Below, piece after piece: positions 29,814 to 39,914 of a stretch of 64,000 nt of DNA. The DNA comes from Candidatus Omnitrophota bacterium (GTDB taxonomy: Bacteria > Omnitrophota > Gorgyraeia > B26-G9). Position numbers and translations under genes: made by a program. Below the pieces are notes generated by a model, which was not told the origin of the DNA, did not search any database, and saw only the letters and a program-made list of their open reading frames with translations. The DNA is taken from contig JAHITY010000124.1 of the NCBI GenBank assembly GCA_018817165.1, positions 33,973 through 97,972 of the forward strand. Direction: 5' to 3'. The stretch's first letter is position 1. Each line of letters starts with the position of its first letter.

Positions 29814-31317
29814 AGAGATTTTAATAAGTGTAGATGAACAGGAAAAGCGGGTTGCTATTCTTGAGGAAAGCAAACTTGAGGAATTTTTTCTGGAAAGAAC
29901 AGCTATCCAGCATTTGGCGGGAAATATTTATAAAGGCAGGGTAGCGCAAATTGTTAAGGGTATGGAAGCGGCTTTTGTGGATATGGGCTTGGCGAAAAAC
30001 GGTTTTTTGTATGTTCAGGAATTGCTCCCGGAAAAATTTAGGGCTGATGAATATGCTGTGGAGATAGATGAGAATGTTGTTGAACTTGCTACTCCTGCGC
30101 CAAAGGTAAGTGAAGAAAGAGTAAGAATTGAAAATTTATTGAGCAAAGGACAGGAAGTATTAGTGCAGGTAGTCAAAGAACCTTTTGGAACTAAGGGTTG
30201 CCGCTTAACCAGTCATATTAGCTTGCCTGGAAGGTTTCTCGTGCTTATGCCGTATAGTAAAAATATTGGTATTTCTAAAAAAGTCACAAATGAAAAAGAA
30301 CGGGCAAGACTTAAGCAGCTGCTAAAGGATATTGGCTTACCCAAAGAAATGGGCTGTATTGTTCGTACCCAAGCAGTGGGAATGGGTACGAATGAATTTA
30401 AACGTGAATTAAAATATTTACTAAGGTTGTGGAATACAATTCAAAGCAAATCAAATAAAAGTAAAGCTCCGGCTTTGATTCATGAAGAATATGATCTTGT
30501 TTTAAGAGTTGCTCGCGATATTTTCAGCGAAGAAGCGAAGACTCTGATTATTGATAGTAAAGATGATTATAAACGAATAATGAGTTTTATCAAGGCTTTG
30601 GCTCCGCAATTGCGTAATCGGATAAAATTATATAAAGACAAAATGCATTTGTTTGAAAAATTCGATGTTGAGTCTCAGATTGATCAGATTTATGCGCAAA
30701 AGATTGCTTTAAAAAAAGGCGGCTATATTGTTATTGAGCGTACAGAAGCATTAGTCTCAATTGATGTTAATAGCGGCAGTTTTGTTAATCGAGGCCGCTT
30801 GGAAGAAACAGCATTTTTAACTAATTTGGAAGCTGCCAAGGAAATTGCCCGTCAGGCTATGCTTAAGGATTTAGCCGGGATTATAGTTATTGATTTTATT
30901 GATATGCAGAAAAATTCACATCAGAAGAAAATATTACAGGTTTTGACAAAAGCTTTGGAAAAGGATAAAGCTCGTTCAACAATTTATCCGTTTTCTCCCT
31001 TGGGATTAGTCCAGATTGCCAGGCAGAGAATTCGGAAAAACATTGAAAGTGTGATTTTTCAAAAGTGTTCTATATGTGATGGTACCGGGAGGTTGAAAAC
31101 AACGCAATCCGTTGCGATTAAAGTGCTAAGGCAAATAAATAATTACTTAAGAACCCATAAAAAACGTTATCTTGAGGTTAAAGTTAACCCTAAAATAGCA
31201 TTACGGTTTTTAAATGAAGATAGATTGGCAATTATTAATATGGAAAAGAAATTATGGGTAAAAATAGCTATCTTTACTGATGAACAATTAGGTATTGAAG
31301 ATATAGTTTTTTTATGA
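29803..31317 (+). CDS. rng: Ribonuclease G/E family
   Basis: GNIYKGRV, AAFVD, IDVNSG, IVIDFIDM. Confidence 0.93.
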   Translation: MESKEILISVDEQEKRVAILEESKLEEFFLERTAIQHLAGNIYKGRVAQIVKGMEAAFVDMGLAKNGFLYVQELLPEKFRADEYAVEIDENVVELATPAPKVSEERVRIENLLSKGQEVLVQVVKEPFGTKGCRLTSHISLPGRFLVLMPYSKNIGISKKVTNEKERARLKQLLKDIGLPKEMGCIVRTQAVGMGTNEFKRELKYLLRLWNTIQSKSNKSKAPALIHEEYDLVLRVARDIFSEEAKTLIIDSKDDYKRIMSFIKALAPQLRNRIKLYKDKMHLFEKFDVESQIDQIYAQKIALKKGGYIVIERTEALVSIDVNSGSFVNRGRLEETAFLTNLEAAKEIARQAMLKDLAGIIVIDFIDMQKNSHQKKILQVLTKALEKDKARSTIYPFSPLGLVQIARQRIRKNIESVIFQKCSICDGTGRLKTTQSVAIKVLRQINNYLRTHKKRYLEVKVNPKIALRFLNEDRLAIINMEKKLWVKIAIFTDEQLGIEDIVFL

Positions 31318-31380
31318 TATACTCATTTATTGTTTTTAAAATGGATAAAACTAAAAAATAGTAATTTGGAGGTGGATAAA

Positions 31381-31692
31381 GTGTACGCAATATTAGAAAT
31401 TGGTGGTAGGCAATATAAAGTTTCCCAGGAAGATATTATTGAAGTTAACAAGATCGAGCAGGAAGATAATAGCTCTGTTACTTTAGATAAAGTTCTTATG
31501 GTTGCTAATGGAGAAGACATCAAAGTCGGACAGCCTTATGTTGAAGGAGCAAGTGTGGAAGCCGAAGTAATGGCACAGACAAAAGCGCCTAAGTTAATAG
31601 TTTATAAGTATTTAAGAAGAAAAGATTCACATAAAAAAACCGGACATCGTCAGAAATTAACAAAGTTATTGATTAAGAAAATAAATAATTAG
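31381..31692 (+). CDS. rplU: 50S ribosomal protein L21
   Basis: GTG start after GGAGG; YAILEIGGRQYKV ... GHRQ. Confidence 0.96.
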   Translation: MYAILEIGGRQYKVSQEDIIEVNKIEQEDNSSVTLDKVLMVANGEDIKVGQPYVEGASVEAEVMAQTKAPKLIVYKYLRRKDSHKKTGHRQKLTKLLIKKINN

Positions 31693-31778
31693 AGCTAAAT
31701 AAATTAATTTTTAAATCAGATTAATATTGAAAAACATGATTTATGATTAAATCATGCAGTGCTAAAGGAGATATATCG

Positions 31779-32021
31779 ATGAGTACGAAAAAAGGACAAG
31801 GTGCCAGTAGAAATGGCAGAGACAGTAATTCAAAACGCTTGGGATTAAAACGTGCTGGTGGTCAAACAGTTACAGCAGGCTCAATTTTAGTCAGACAATG
31901 CGGTCAGAAATTCAAGCCCGGTAAAAATGTTGGTATGGGCAGAGATTATACTCTATATGCTGAGGTTGCTGGTAAGGTTTGTTTTCCTAAGCCAAAAGTC
32001 ATCAGTATTGATACAAATTAA
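31779..32021 (+). CDS. rpmA: 50S ribosomal protein L27
   Basis: ATG after AAGGAG; [21 protein letters not shown]. Confidence 0.96.
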   Translation: MSTKKGQGASRNGRDSNSKRLGLKRAGGQTVTAGSILVRQCGQKFKPGKNVGMGRDYTLYAEVAGKVCFPKPKVISIDTN

Positions 32022-32037
32022 GATTGGTTGATGGGTC

Positions 32038-33024
32038 ATGTTTGTTGACCGAGCTAAAATTTATGTTCAGGCTGGAGACGGTGGAAAAGGCTGTGAAAGC
32101 GAGTATTACAAAAAAGGCTGGCGTCATGCGCGCAGAGATGGTGGAGACGGCGGTCATGGCGGGTCAATCATAGTTAAAGCGGATGTAAATGTACATACTC
32201 TGCTTGATTTCCGTTATCGACAGCATTTTAAAGCCCAGTCTGGAAAACATGGTGGTAGTGGTAATAAACGCGGGGCCGATGCTCAGGACTCAATTATTCT
32301 TGTTCCCCCAGGCACGATTATTCGTGATGCTAATAATGACTGTTTGATTAGAGATTTAGATAAGGCTAATGAGCAGGTTATTGTAGTCAAGGGTGGTAGC
32401 GGCGGTATTGGAAACTTTAAAAGACAAGAGTCGACTCCAGGTAATCCCGGCGAACAGGTTAGGGTAAGTTTTGAGCTGAAATTAATTGCTGATATTGGTT
32501 TAATCGGATACCCTAATGCTGGAAAATCTTCCTTTATAAATAAAATTTCTAATGCTAATTCAAAAGTTGCTCAATTTCCCTTTACAACATTAAGTCCAAT
32601 ACTCGGAGTTGTAAACTCTTCTGTATCAGAATCCAGGATGATTATCGCGGATATTCCGGGTATTATTAAAGATGCGCATCAAGGTAGAGGATTGGGCATT
32701 GAATTCTTGCGGCATATTGAACGTACCAAAATATTATTGTTTGTAATTGATATGGCGGGAGTTGACGGCCGCGATCCGATTATTGATTATGCTGATCTTG
32801 TAAATGAATTGCAATCTTATGATCATATGCTGTTAAAAAGACCGCAATTAATAATTGCTAATAAAATGGACTTGGCTGAGGCAAAAGAAAATTTAATTAA
32901 TTTTAAGAAAAGTGTAAGAAAAAGAATCTATCCGATTTCCTGTCTTGAGTCTCTGGGAATTGAAAAAATAAAAGAAGCTTTGTTTAAAAAATTAGGAAAG
33001 TTCGAGCAGGAAAACAGTGATTAA
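32038..33024 (+). CDS. obgE: GTPase ObgE
   Basis: MFVDRAKI, Gly-rich Obg fold, GYPNAGKS, DIPG, NKMD. Confidence 0.96.
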   Translation: MFVDRAKIYVQAGDGGKGCESEYYKKGWRHARRDGGDGGHGGSIIVKADVNVHTLLDFRYRQHFKAQSGKHGGSGNKRGADAQDSIILVPPGTIIRDANNDCLIRDLDKANEQVIVVKGGSGGIGNFKRQESTPGNPGEQVRVSFELKLIADIGLIGYPNAGKSSFINKISNANSKVAQFPFTTLSPILGVVNSSVSESRMIIADIPGIIKDAHQGRGLGIEFLRHIERTKILLFVIDMAGVDGRDPIIDYADLVNELQSYDHMLLKRPQLIIANKMDLAEAKENLINFKKSVRKRIYPISCLESLGIEKIKEALFKKLGKFEQENSD

Positions 33025-34120
33025 GCTAGAGAAGAACGCTATAATAGTGATAAAAGTCGGATCAAGTATTTTAGTTAATGATTCCGGCAAGCTGGATATG
33101 GTTAAACTGCAATCAATTACCAGTATGGTAAGCGGATTGAAAAAAAACGGTTATAATGTTGTTCTGGTTTCTTCTGGCGCGATTGCTTGCGGAATGGAAA
33201 AACTGGGGCTTACGCATAGACCAAAAACCATAGCGGAATCTTCTTGTGCCGCGGCTATTGGGCAAAGTCTGCTAATGTTTGATTATGAACAGTTATTTCG
33301 GAAGTCTGAACTTATTTGTGCCCAGCTATTGTTGACTTCAGATTGTTTGGATAAACGTGACCGGTATTTGAATGCGCGAACGACGATTTTGCATCTTTTG
33401 GAAAAGGGCAATGTTGTTCCGATTGTAAATGAAAATGACGCAGTGGTAACTGATGAAATTCGTTTTGGTGATAATGATAAGCTTTCCGCTAAAGTTGCTG
33501 TTCTGATTGATGCCCAGCTTTTAGTTATTCTTTCTGATGTAGACGGGGTTTATGATCCTGATGGAAAAGTTATTGACCAGATCGCGGAAATCGATCAAAG
33601 TGTGGAGAAATTAGCAGGTGATACATCGCGGCAAACCAGTACTGGCGGAATGATCACTAAATTTGAAGCAGCTAAAATCGCAACTAATGCCGGAATACTA
33701 ATGGTGATTGGCAATGGACGCGATGTGAATCTAGTTCAGAATATTGTAGACGCTAAACAGATTGGCACTTGGTTTATTCCGAAAAAAGAAAAAATTTCCG
33801 GAAAGAAAAAATGGATTGCGTTTAGTTGTAAGAATTGCGGAAAAATTATTGTCGATGATGGAGCAAAAAAAGCTTTATTGGAAAAGAAGACTAGTTTATT
33901 AGCAATTGGTATTATTGATATTGAGGGTAAATTTTCTTTTGGTGATTTGGTTGTAATTTGTGATCAAAATAATAATGAGATAGCCAGAGGTTTAACCAAT
34001 TATTCTAATCAAGAACTTGCTAAAATTAAAAAGGTTAAGACTGCGGATATTGAACAAATTTTAGGTTACAAGTCTTATGATCAAGTTATTGATCGCGATA
34101 ATCTAGTTGTAGTTAGATAA
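33017..34120 (+). CDS. proB: Glutamate 5-kinase (with PUA domain)
   Basis: VIKVGSS, VSSGAI, NEND, GDNDKLS, TGGMITK. Confidence 0.96.
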   Translation: MIKLEKNAIIVIKVGSSILVNDSGKLDMVKLQSITSMVSGLKKNGYNVVLVSSGAIACGMEKLGLTHRPKTIAESSCAAAIGQSLLMFDYEQLFRKSELICAQLLLTSDCLDKRDRYLNARTTILHLLEKGNVVPIVNENDAVVTDEIRFGDNDKLSAKVAVLIDAQLLVILSDVDGVYDPDGKVIDQIAEIDQSVEKLAGDTSRQTSTGGMITKFEAAKIATNAGILMVIGNGRDVNLVQNIVDAKQIGTWFIPKKEKISGKKKWIAFSCKNCGKIIVDDGAKKALLEKKTSLLAIGIIDIEGKFSFGDLVVICDQNNNEIARGLTNYSNQELAKIKKVKTADIEQILGYKSYDQVIDRDNLVVVR

Positions 34121-34153
34121 TATATTAATTACAGGGAAATTTAGGAGGATTTA

Positions 34154-35410
34154 ATGTCTTTACAGTCTGAACTTATATGCATCGCTAAACAGGCGCAAAA
34201 GGCAGCTAGATTTTTAAGTATTGTTACTACTGAGAAAAAAAATAAGGCAATTAAAGCAATGGCTAAAGAATTGCTTAAACATAGCAAGGCAATCATTGCT
34301 GCTAATAAATTAGATATTCAATCCGCAAAAAAAGAAAAAAGAAATTCCGCTTTTATTGATCGACTCAGTCTTAATCAATCAGGGATTAAAAAAATGAGTG
34401 CTGACTTGATTTCGGTAGCTGATTTAGCTGATCCGGTATCAGAAGTGATTAAAACCTGGGAAAGACCTAATGGCTTAGTCTTGAGTAAAGTCAGAGTGCC
34501 TTTAGGCGTTATCGGGATTATTTATGAGTCTCGGCCAAATGTTACCAGCGATTGCGCGGGTTTATGTTTGAAAACCGGTAATGCGGTTATTCTTCGTGGA
34601 GGCAAAGAATCAATTCATTCTAATCTCGCTATTTATAAAGCAATTTCTCAGGCATTGAAAAAAACCGGTTTTCCTCAAGGTTGTATCAGTTTGATTAAAA
34701 CAACTGATCGCCAGGCGGTAAATGAACTGCTTAAACTTAATGATTATATTGATTTGATTATTCCGCGAGGTGGAGAATCTTTAATCCGCAGTGTTGTCGA
34801 GAATTCGCGAATCCCCGTGATCAAGCATTATAAAGGGATTTGTCATACTTATGTTGATAAATATGCTGATTTTGCTATGGCCCAAGAGGTCGGGTTTAAT
34901 GCCAAAGTGCAAAGACCTTCGACTTGCAATGCGATGGAATGTTTGTTGGTGCATGCTGATATTGCCCTAGATTTTTTACCAGATATGATAAAGCGTTTGC
35001 AAAAATCTGGTGTGGAAATCCGAGGCTGTGCTAAAACCGCGAAAATTATTCCTGGAATAAAACTTGCCAGTAATCAAGATTATGCTACGGAATATCTGGA
35101 CTTAATCTTGAGTGTGAAAATTGTCAGTTCCTTAAAACAGGCAATTGATCATATTGCTAAATACGGAAGCAAACATTCTGAGGCAATTATTACTGATAGT
35201 CGGCTCAATGGAATAAGTTTCTTGAAATCAGTAGACGCGGCTTGTGTATATCTTAATGCCTCTACCCGTTTTACGGACGGAAATCAATTTGGTTTGGGCG
35301 CGGAAATCGGGGTAAGCACTGATAAGCTTCATGCGCGCGGTCCGATGGGATTAGAAGAATTGACAACTTATAAATATATTATAATGGGTAATGGACAAAT
35401 CAGGACCTAA
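34154..35410 (+). CDS. proA: Glutamate-5-semialdehyde dehydrogenase
   Basis: IYESRPNVT, CNAME, NASTRFTDG, HARGPMGL. Confidence 0.97.
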   Translation: MSLQSELICIAKQAQKAARFLSIVTTEKKNKAIKAMAKELLKHSKAIIAANKLDIQSAKKEKRNSAFIDRLSLNQSGIKKMSADLISVADLADPVSEVIKTWERPNGLVLSKVRVPLGVIGIIYESRPNVTSDCAGLCLKTGNAVILRGGKESIHSNLAIYKAISQALKKTGFPQGCISLIKTTDRQAVNELLKLNDYIDLIIPRGGESLIRSVVENSRIPVIKHYKGICHTYVDKYADFAMAQEVGFNAKVQRPSTCNAMECLLVHADIALDFLPDMIKRLQKSGVEIRGCAKTAKIIPGIKLASNQDYATEYLDLILSVKIVSSLKQAIDHIAKYGSKHSEAIITDSRLNGISFLKSVDAACVYLNASTRFTDGNQFGLGAEIGVSTDKLHARGPMGLEELTTYKYIIMGNGQIRT

Positions 35411-35990
35411 AAAACGTATCGGGATTCTCGGGGGGACTTTTAACCCCATTCATTTTGGTCATTTGGCAATTGCTGCTGCTGCGCTGGAACAGGTGGACCT
35501 TGATCTGGTGGTTTTCATTCCAGCGCATCTTCCTCCGCATAAGAATCCTGATAATATAATTGAGTCAAAACTGCGTTATAAAATGATAGAGTTGGCTACC
35601 AAGATGTGTAAGTTATTTATAGTCAGCGATATTGAAATTAAAAAACAGACAGTTTCGTATTCAATTGAGACATTAAAGATAATTAAGAAAAAATATACGC
35701 AATCTGATTTATTTTTTATTATTGGTTCAGATTCAGTGCCGGAATTAAAAACCTGGCGCTTGATCGATGAAATTTTTAAACTATGTAGTTTTGTGGTAGC
35801 TAAACGTCCTAATTCGCTAAGATTTGATAATGCTGATTTGCCTGAGAGTGCGATAATTTTAAACGGAGTTTACCCGAACATTTCTAGTACTGAGATTCGT
35901 AAGCGGGTAAAACTGGGTTTAGCAATTAATGATTTTCTGCCACAAATTGTTAGTGAATTTATTAAGCAAAATAAATTATACGCGGTATAG
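35391..35990 (+). CDS. nadD: Nicotinate-nucleotide adenylyltransferase
   Basis: GGTFNPIHFGH, ISSTEIR. Confidence 0.95.
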   Translation: MDKSGPKKRIGILGGTFNPIHFGHLAIAAAALEQVDLDLVVFIPAHLPPHKNPDNIIESKLRYKMIELATKMCKLFIVSDIEIKKQTVSYSIETLKIIKKKYTQSDLFFIIGSDSVPELKTWRLIDEIFKLCSFVVAKRPNSLRFDNADLPESAIILNGVYPNISSTEIRKRVKLGLAINDFLPQIVSEFIKQNKLYAV

Positions 35991-36041
35991 CTTATTATGA
36001 ATTGTTTTGAAAATAATTAAAATCAAACGAAAAGAAATAAA

Positions 36042-37046
36042 ATGGATTCACATCTGACTTATACATTACCAATAATTTTAGTTATTTTGGTTGTTTTATC
36101 TGCTTTTTTTGCAATGTCAGAAGTTGCTTTCGTTAGTTTGAATAAACTGCGATTGCGGCATTTACTCAGTCAAAATCGGAAAAATGCTTCAACTGTTGAT
36201 CGAATTGTAAAAAAAATGGATAAACTAATCACCACGATTTTAGTTGGTAATAATTTTGTAAACATTGCTATTTCCGCTATTGGCACAGCGATTTTTATTA
36301 AGCTTTGGGGAAACAACTTTGGCTCAATTGCGATTTCAACTGTTTTAGTTACCTTGTTGGTGCTTTTTGCTGGAGAAATTACTCCAAAAATCTTTGCGGT
36401 AAAACATTCTGAAAAAGTCGCGCTGCATGTTGCCTGGCTAATGGACTTAATCATTAAAATTCTTTCTCCAGTTGTCCGGGTTTTTTTGTATTTGAGTAAT
36501 CTCTTCCTTAAAATTTTAGGAGATGAACCGCCTAAACGTTCCCCTTTGGTTAGTGAGGAAGAAATTCGAGTGATGATCGAGATCGGTAAAGAAGAAGGAG
36601 TTTTAACTGATAGAGAAAGAAACATGCTTCATCGGATTTTTGAGTTTGGCGATACTTTAGTTTATGAAGTTATGATGCCGGTTGATAAAATTGTCGCGAT
36701 TGATATTAATTCTAGTGCTGATGCTATTCTTGATATAATTGTCGAAGAAGGGCATTCTCGCATTCCAGTATTTGAAGGAGATATTAATAATGTTGTGGGA
36801 GTTATCTATGCTCGGGAATTGCTTACTATTTGGCGGAATAAAGATTTGATCATAATTCGTGATCTGCTGCATCAGCCGTTTGTGGTAAAAACAAGAATGC
36901 GGGTAAGCCAGCTTTTGCATGAATTTCAAAGAATTCATATTTATATGGCGATTGTTAAGGATGAAAATAACTTAACTCAGGGGTTGGTGACTTTGGAAGA
37001 TTTGATTGAGGAAATCGTGGGTGAAATTGAAGGCGATGTTAGCTGA
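36042..37046 (+). CDS. CNNM/CBS domain (HlyC/CorB-like) membrane protein
   Basis: SAFFAMSE, ILVGNN, GEITPK, HSRIPV, TLEDLIEEIVGEI. Confidence 0.9.
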   Translation: MDSHLTYTLPIILVILVVLSAFFAMSEVAFVSLNKLRLRHLLSQNRKNASTVDRIVKKMDKLITTILVGNNFVNIAISAIGTAIFIKLWGNNFGSIAISTVLVTLLVLFAGEITPKIFAVKHSEKVALHVAWLMDLIIKILSPVVRVFLYLSNLFLKILGDEPPKRSPLVSEEEIRVMIEIGKEEGVLTDRERNMLHRIFEFGDTLVYEVMMPVDKIVAIDINSSADAILDIIVEEGHSRIPVFEGDINNVVGVIYARELLTIWRNKDLIIIRDLLHQPFVVKTRMRVSQLLHEFQRIHIYMAIVKDENNLTQGLVTLEDLIEEIVGEIEGDVS

Positions 37047-37086
37047 TTTAATCAGCTATAATGAAATTTAAAAAGGAGATGAGCTA

Positions 37087-37500
37087 GTGGATAAAGTAAG
37101 AAAGATTATTGAACTTGCCGAATCAGTGAAGGCGGAGGATATTGTTGTTTTGGATTTACGCAAGATATGTACTTTTTGTGAATATTTTATAATCTGTACA
37201 GGGACTTCTTCAACGCATATTAAAGCAATAGCTGATCAGGTAAATTCAAAATTAAGAGATTTTGGATTTAAAGCCCATTCTCAAGAAGGTTATCAGGCAT
37301 CTCGCTGGATAGTATTGGATTATGCTAGTGTGCTTGTGCATATTTTTGATCAGGAAACCCGTGATTTTTACGCTTTAGAAAATTTGTGGAGCAAAGGTAA
37401 AAAAGTTGATTTAAAAAAATCTGAGTTAAAACAAAAAGAAGTAAAGAAAAAGGAAGTAAAGAAAAAGGAAGTAAAGAAAATGGAGCCAAAGAAAAAGTAA
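37087..37500 (+). CDS. rsfS: Ribosome silencing factor RsfS with Lys-rich tail
   Basis: KAEDIVVLDL, WIVLDY, VHIF, RDFYALENLW. Confidence 0.94.
   Translation: MDKVRKIIELAESVKAEDIVVLDLRKICTFCEYFIICTGTSSTHIKAIADQVNSKLRDFGFKAHSQEGYQASRWIVLDYASVLVHIFDQETRDFYALENLWSKGKKVDLKKSELKQKEVKKKEVKKKEVKKMEPKKK
37438..37480 (+). repeat. 15-bp tandem repeat (GAAGTAAAGAAAAAG) x~3 encoding EVKKK
   Basis: Read directly from the sequence. Confidence 0.85.
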
Positions 37501-38223
37501 ATGGATCTAGTTATTTATATTTTACCGATTGCTACTTTTTTTATCGGGAGCTTTATTGGTTATCGGATATATCGTAAAGAAGAACGGCTTAGGCATCGCC
37601 GTGTATGGATGCGCTTTGAGCGCAGGAATGTTATGCGCACGATAAATTCGCTTGTTTCCGCGATTGATTTTAAGGATAAACAGACGCGAAACCACTCTGA
37701 TAATGTTCGCCATTATGCTACAGCAATTGCCCAAGAGATGGGCTTATCTCAGGCCCAGATAGGTACGATTAAAGAAGCTTGTCAGGTTCATGATTTGGGT
37801 AAAATCGGAGTGCATGATAATATATTGACAAAGCCGGGGAAATTGACGGAAAGCGAATTCAAAGAGATGAAGTTGCATTCTTTGGCTGGAGCAGTAATTT
37901 TAAAGCCATTTCACTTTTTAGATAAAGTTGTGCTGATTGTTCGGCAGCATCATGAACGCTATGACGGTTTAGGGTATCCGGATGGCATAAAAGGCGACAA
38001 AATTGATATTGGAGCGAGAATAATGTCAGTAGCCGATAGTTTTGATGCTATGACCAGTAAACGCCCTTACCGTGAGCCGGTCAGCAAAGAAGAAGCTTTG
38101 GCTGAACTTGAGGCTTTTAGCGGAACTCAATTTGACCCAAAAGTTGTCGAAGTTTTTGTTAAGTTGATGAAGGTAAATGATGATTTATTTAAAAAAGCGG
38201 GAGAGTCTTCTGATGTCTTATGA
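37501..38223 (+). CDS. Membrane-anchored HD-GYP phosphodiesterase
   Basis: HSDNV, HDLGK, HHERYDGLGYP, ADSFDAMTSKRPY. Confidence 0.92.
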   Translation: MDLVIYILPIATFFIGSFIGYRIYRKEERLRHRRVWMRFERRNVMRTINSLVSAIDFKDKQTRNHSDNVRHYATAIAQEMGLSQAQIGTIKEACQVHDLGKIGVHDNILTKPGKLTESEFKEMKLHSLAGAVILKPFHFLDKVVLIVRQHHERYDGLGYPDGIKGDKIDIGARIMSVADSFDAMTSKRPYREPVSKEEALAELEAFSGTQFDPKVVEVFVKLMKVNDDLFKKAGESSDVL

Positions 38224-39895
38224 TTTGAAAAATACAATTATTCAATTGTTTAAAGATATTATCCAGGAAAATTCTTTAACTAATCGAGATGTTTTGATTG
38301 AAATAGAAAATTCTAAAGAGCGACAATTCGGCGATTGGTCGGTGAATGCGGCTATGAAGTTAGTAAAAGATTGCAAAAAACCGCCGATGGCAATTGCTCA
38401 GTTTCTTGTCGAAAAAATAGAGGAAAAGCTTAAGCAAAAAAAACTGGATACTAAAATTGAAAAAATCGAGATAAAGGCTCCAGGATTTATTAATATTTTT
38501 ATTTCCTCTAAGGCCATGTACGATGTTCTGAGTATGATTCAAGATCAAGGTGATCACTTTGGTAGAATCGCCTTAAAAAATAAACAGAAAATTTTAATAG
38601 AATTTGTCAGCGCTAATCCCACTGGCCCTTTGAGTATTGCTCATGCCAGGCAAGCGGCAGTGGGTGAGAGTTTAGCCAGCATCCTTACTTTTTGCGGACA
38701 GACAGTTTCTAAAGAGTATTATATAAATGATGATGGGAATCAAATTAGAAATCTGGGATTAAGTCTATTGTTTCGCTATCAAGAAAAACTCGGTAAAAAG
38801 GATATTGATTTGCCGGAACAGGGATATAAAGGAGATTACTTAATTGAATTAGCGCAGCAGATGATCGATCTAGAGGGGGCTAAGTTTTTAAATGATAATA
38901 GCGAACCGACTATAAAAAAGTTTTCCGACTTTGCCGCTCAATCAATTCTTAAAGGAATTGAGCAGGAACTTAAAGGTTTTGGAGTTGAATTTGACCAATG
39001 GTTTAGTCAAAAAGACCATGTGACTAATGATAAGGTTAATCAAGTTTTAAATTATCTTAAGACCAAGAATTTAACTTATGAATTAGATGGTGCTACTTGG
39101 TTTAAGTCCACAGAATTCGGCGATGATAAAGATAGAGTAGTGATTAAAAGTGATGGATTGTTTACTTATCTTGCTCCGGATATAGCTTATCATAAAATGA
39201 AATTCGATCGCGGTTTTGACAAGCTGATTGATATTCTTGGTCCAGATCATCATGGTTATATAAACCGAATTAAAGCGGCCGCTTGTGCTTTAGGCCATAA
39301 TAAAAATGATTTAGAAGTTTTAATTATTCAGTTGGCCACATTGTCTCGTGCCGGTCAGCCGGTAAAAATGTCTACGCGTGCGGGTGAGTACATTACGCTT
39401 CAGGAATTGATTGAAGAAGTCGGCTGTGATGCTGCCAGATTTTTCTTTTTGATGCGCCGTTGTGATTCTCAGCTTGATTTTGATCTGGAGCTTGCCAAAA
39501 AACATAGTATGGATAATCCTGTGTATTATGTGCAGTATGCCCATGCCAGAATTTGCAGTATTTTTGAGGCTGCTAATAATTATAAAACTAAACTGGAAAA
39601 TACTCCAATTAATTTTGATCTTATTTCTGAGCCAGAAGCTTTTGATTTAATTCGTAAAATGAATGCTTTTTCTGATGTTCTTGAGATTTGCGCAAATAGC
39701 TTGGATCCTCAGCCATTGACTACTTATCTTAGGGAGTTGGCAGCTGATTTTCATGCTTTTTATAGTAAGTGTCGGGTTTTTGATGAAAGTCAATGGGAGC
39801 TGACTAAGGCGCGTTTAGTTTTAATTGAATGCGTTAAACGTGTTATTGCAATAGGCTTAAATCTTTTAGGAGTAAGTGCTCCTGAAAAAATGTAA
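38213..39895 (+). CDS. argS: Arginine--tRNA ligase
   Basis: EFVSANPTGPLSIAH, KMSTR, YVQYAHAR, GVSAPEKM. Confidence 0.97.
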   Translation: MSYDLKNTIIQLFKDIIQENSLTNRDVLIEIENSKERQFGDWSVNAAMKLVKDCKKPPMAIAQFLVEKIEEKLKQKKLDTKIEKIEIKAPGFINIFISSKAMYDVLSMIQDQGDHFGRIALKNKQKILIEFVSANPTGPLSIAHARQAAVGESLASILTFCGQTVSKEYYINDDGNQIRNLGLSLLFRYQEKLGKKDIDLPEQGYKGDYLIELAQQMIDLEGAKFLNDNSEPTIKKFSDFAAQSILKGIEQELKGFGVEFDQWFSQKDHVTNDKVNQVLNYLKTKNLTYELDGATWFKSTEFGDDKDRVVIKSDGLFTYLAPDIAYHKMKFDRGFDKLIDILGPDHHGYINRIKAAACALGHNKNDLEVLIIQLATLSRAGQPVKMSTRAGEYITLQELIEEVGCDAARFFFLMRRCDSQLDFDLELAKKHSMDNPVYYVQYAHARICSIFEAANNYKTKLENTPINFDLISEPEAFDLIRKMNAFSDVLEICANSLDPQPLTTYLRELAADFHAFYSKCRVFDESQWELTKARLVLIECVKRVIAIGLNLLGVSAPEKM

Positions 39896-39914
39896 TATTT
39901 AGGCGGGTGATTGT

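Noticed and set aside
31743-31778. Prp-cleaved N-terminal extension of L27
   Set aside because: The SD precedes ATG 31779, the extension lacks the LQFF|A motif and no prp gene lies between rplU and rpmA.
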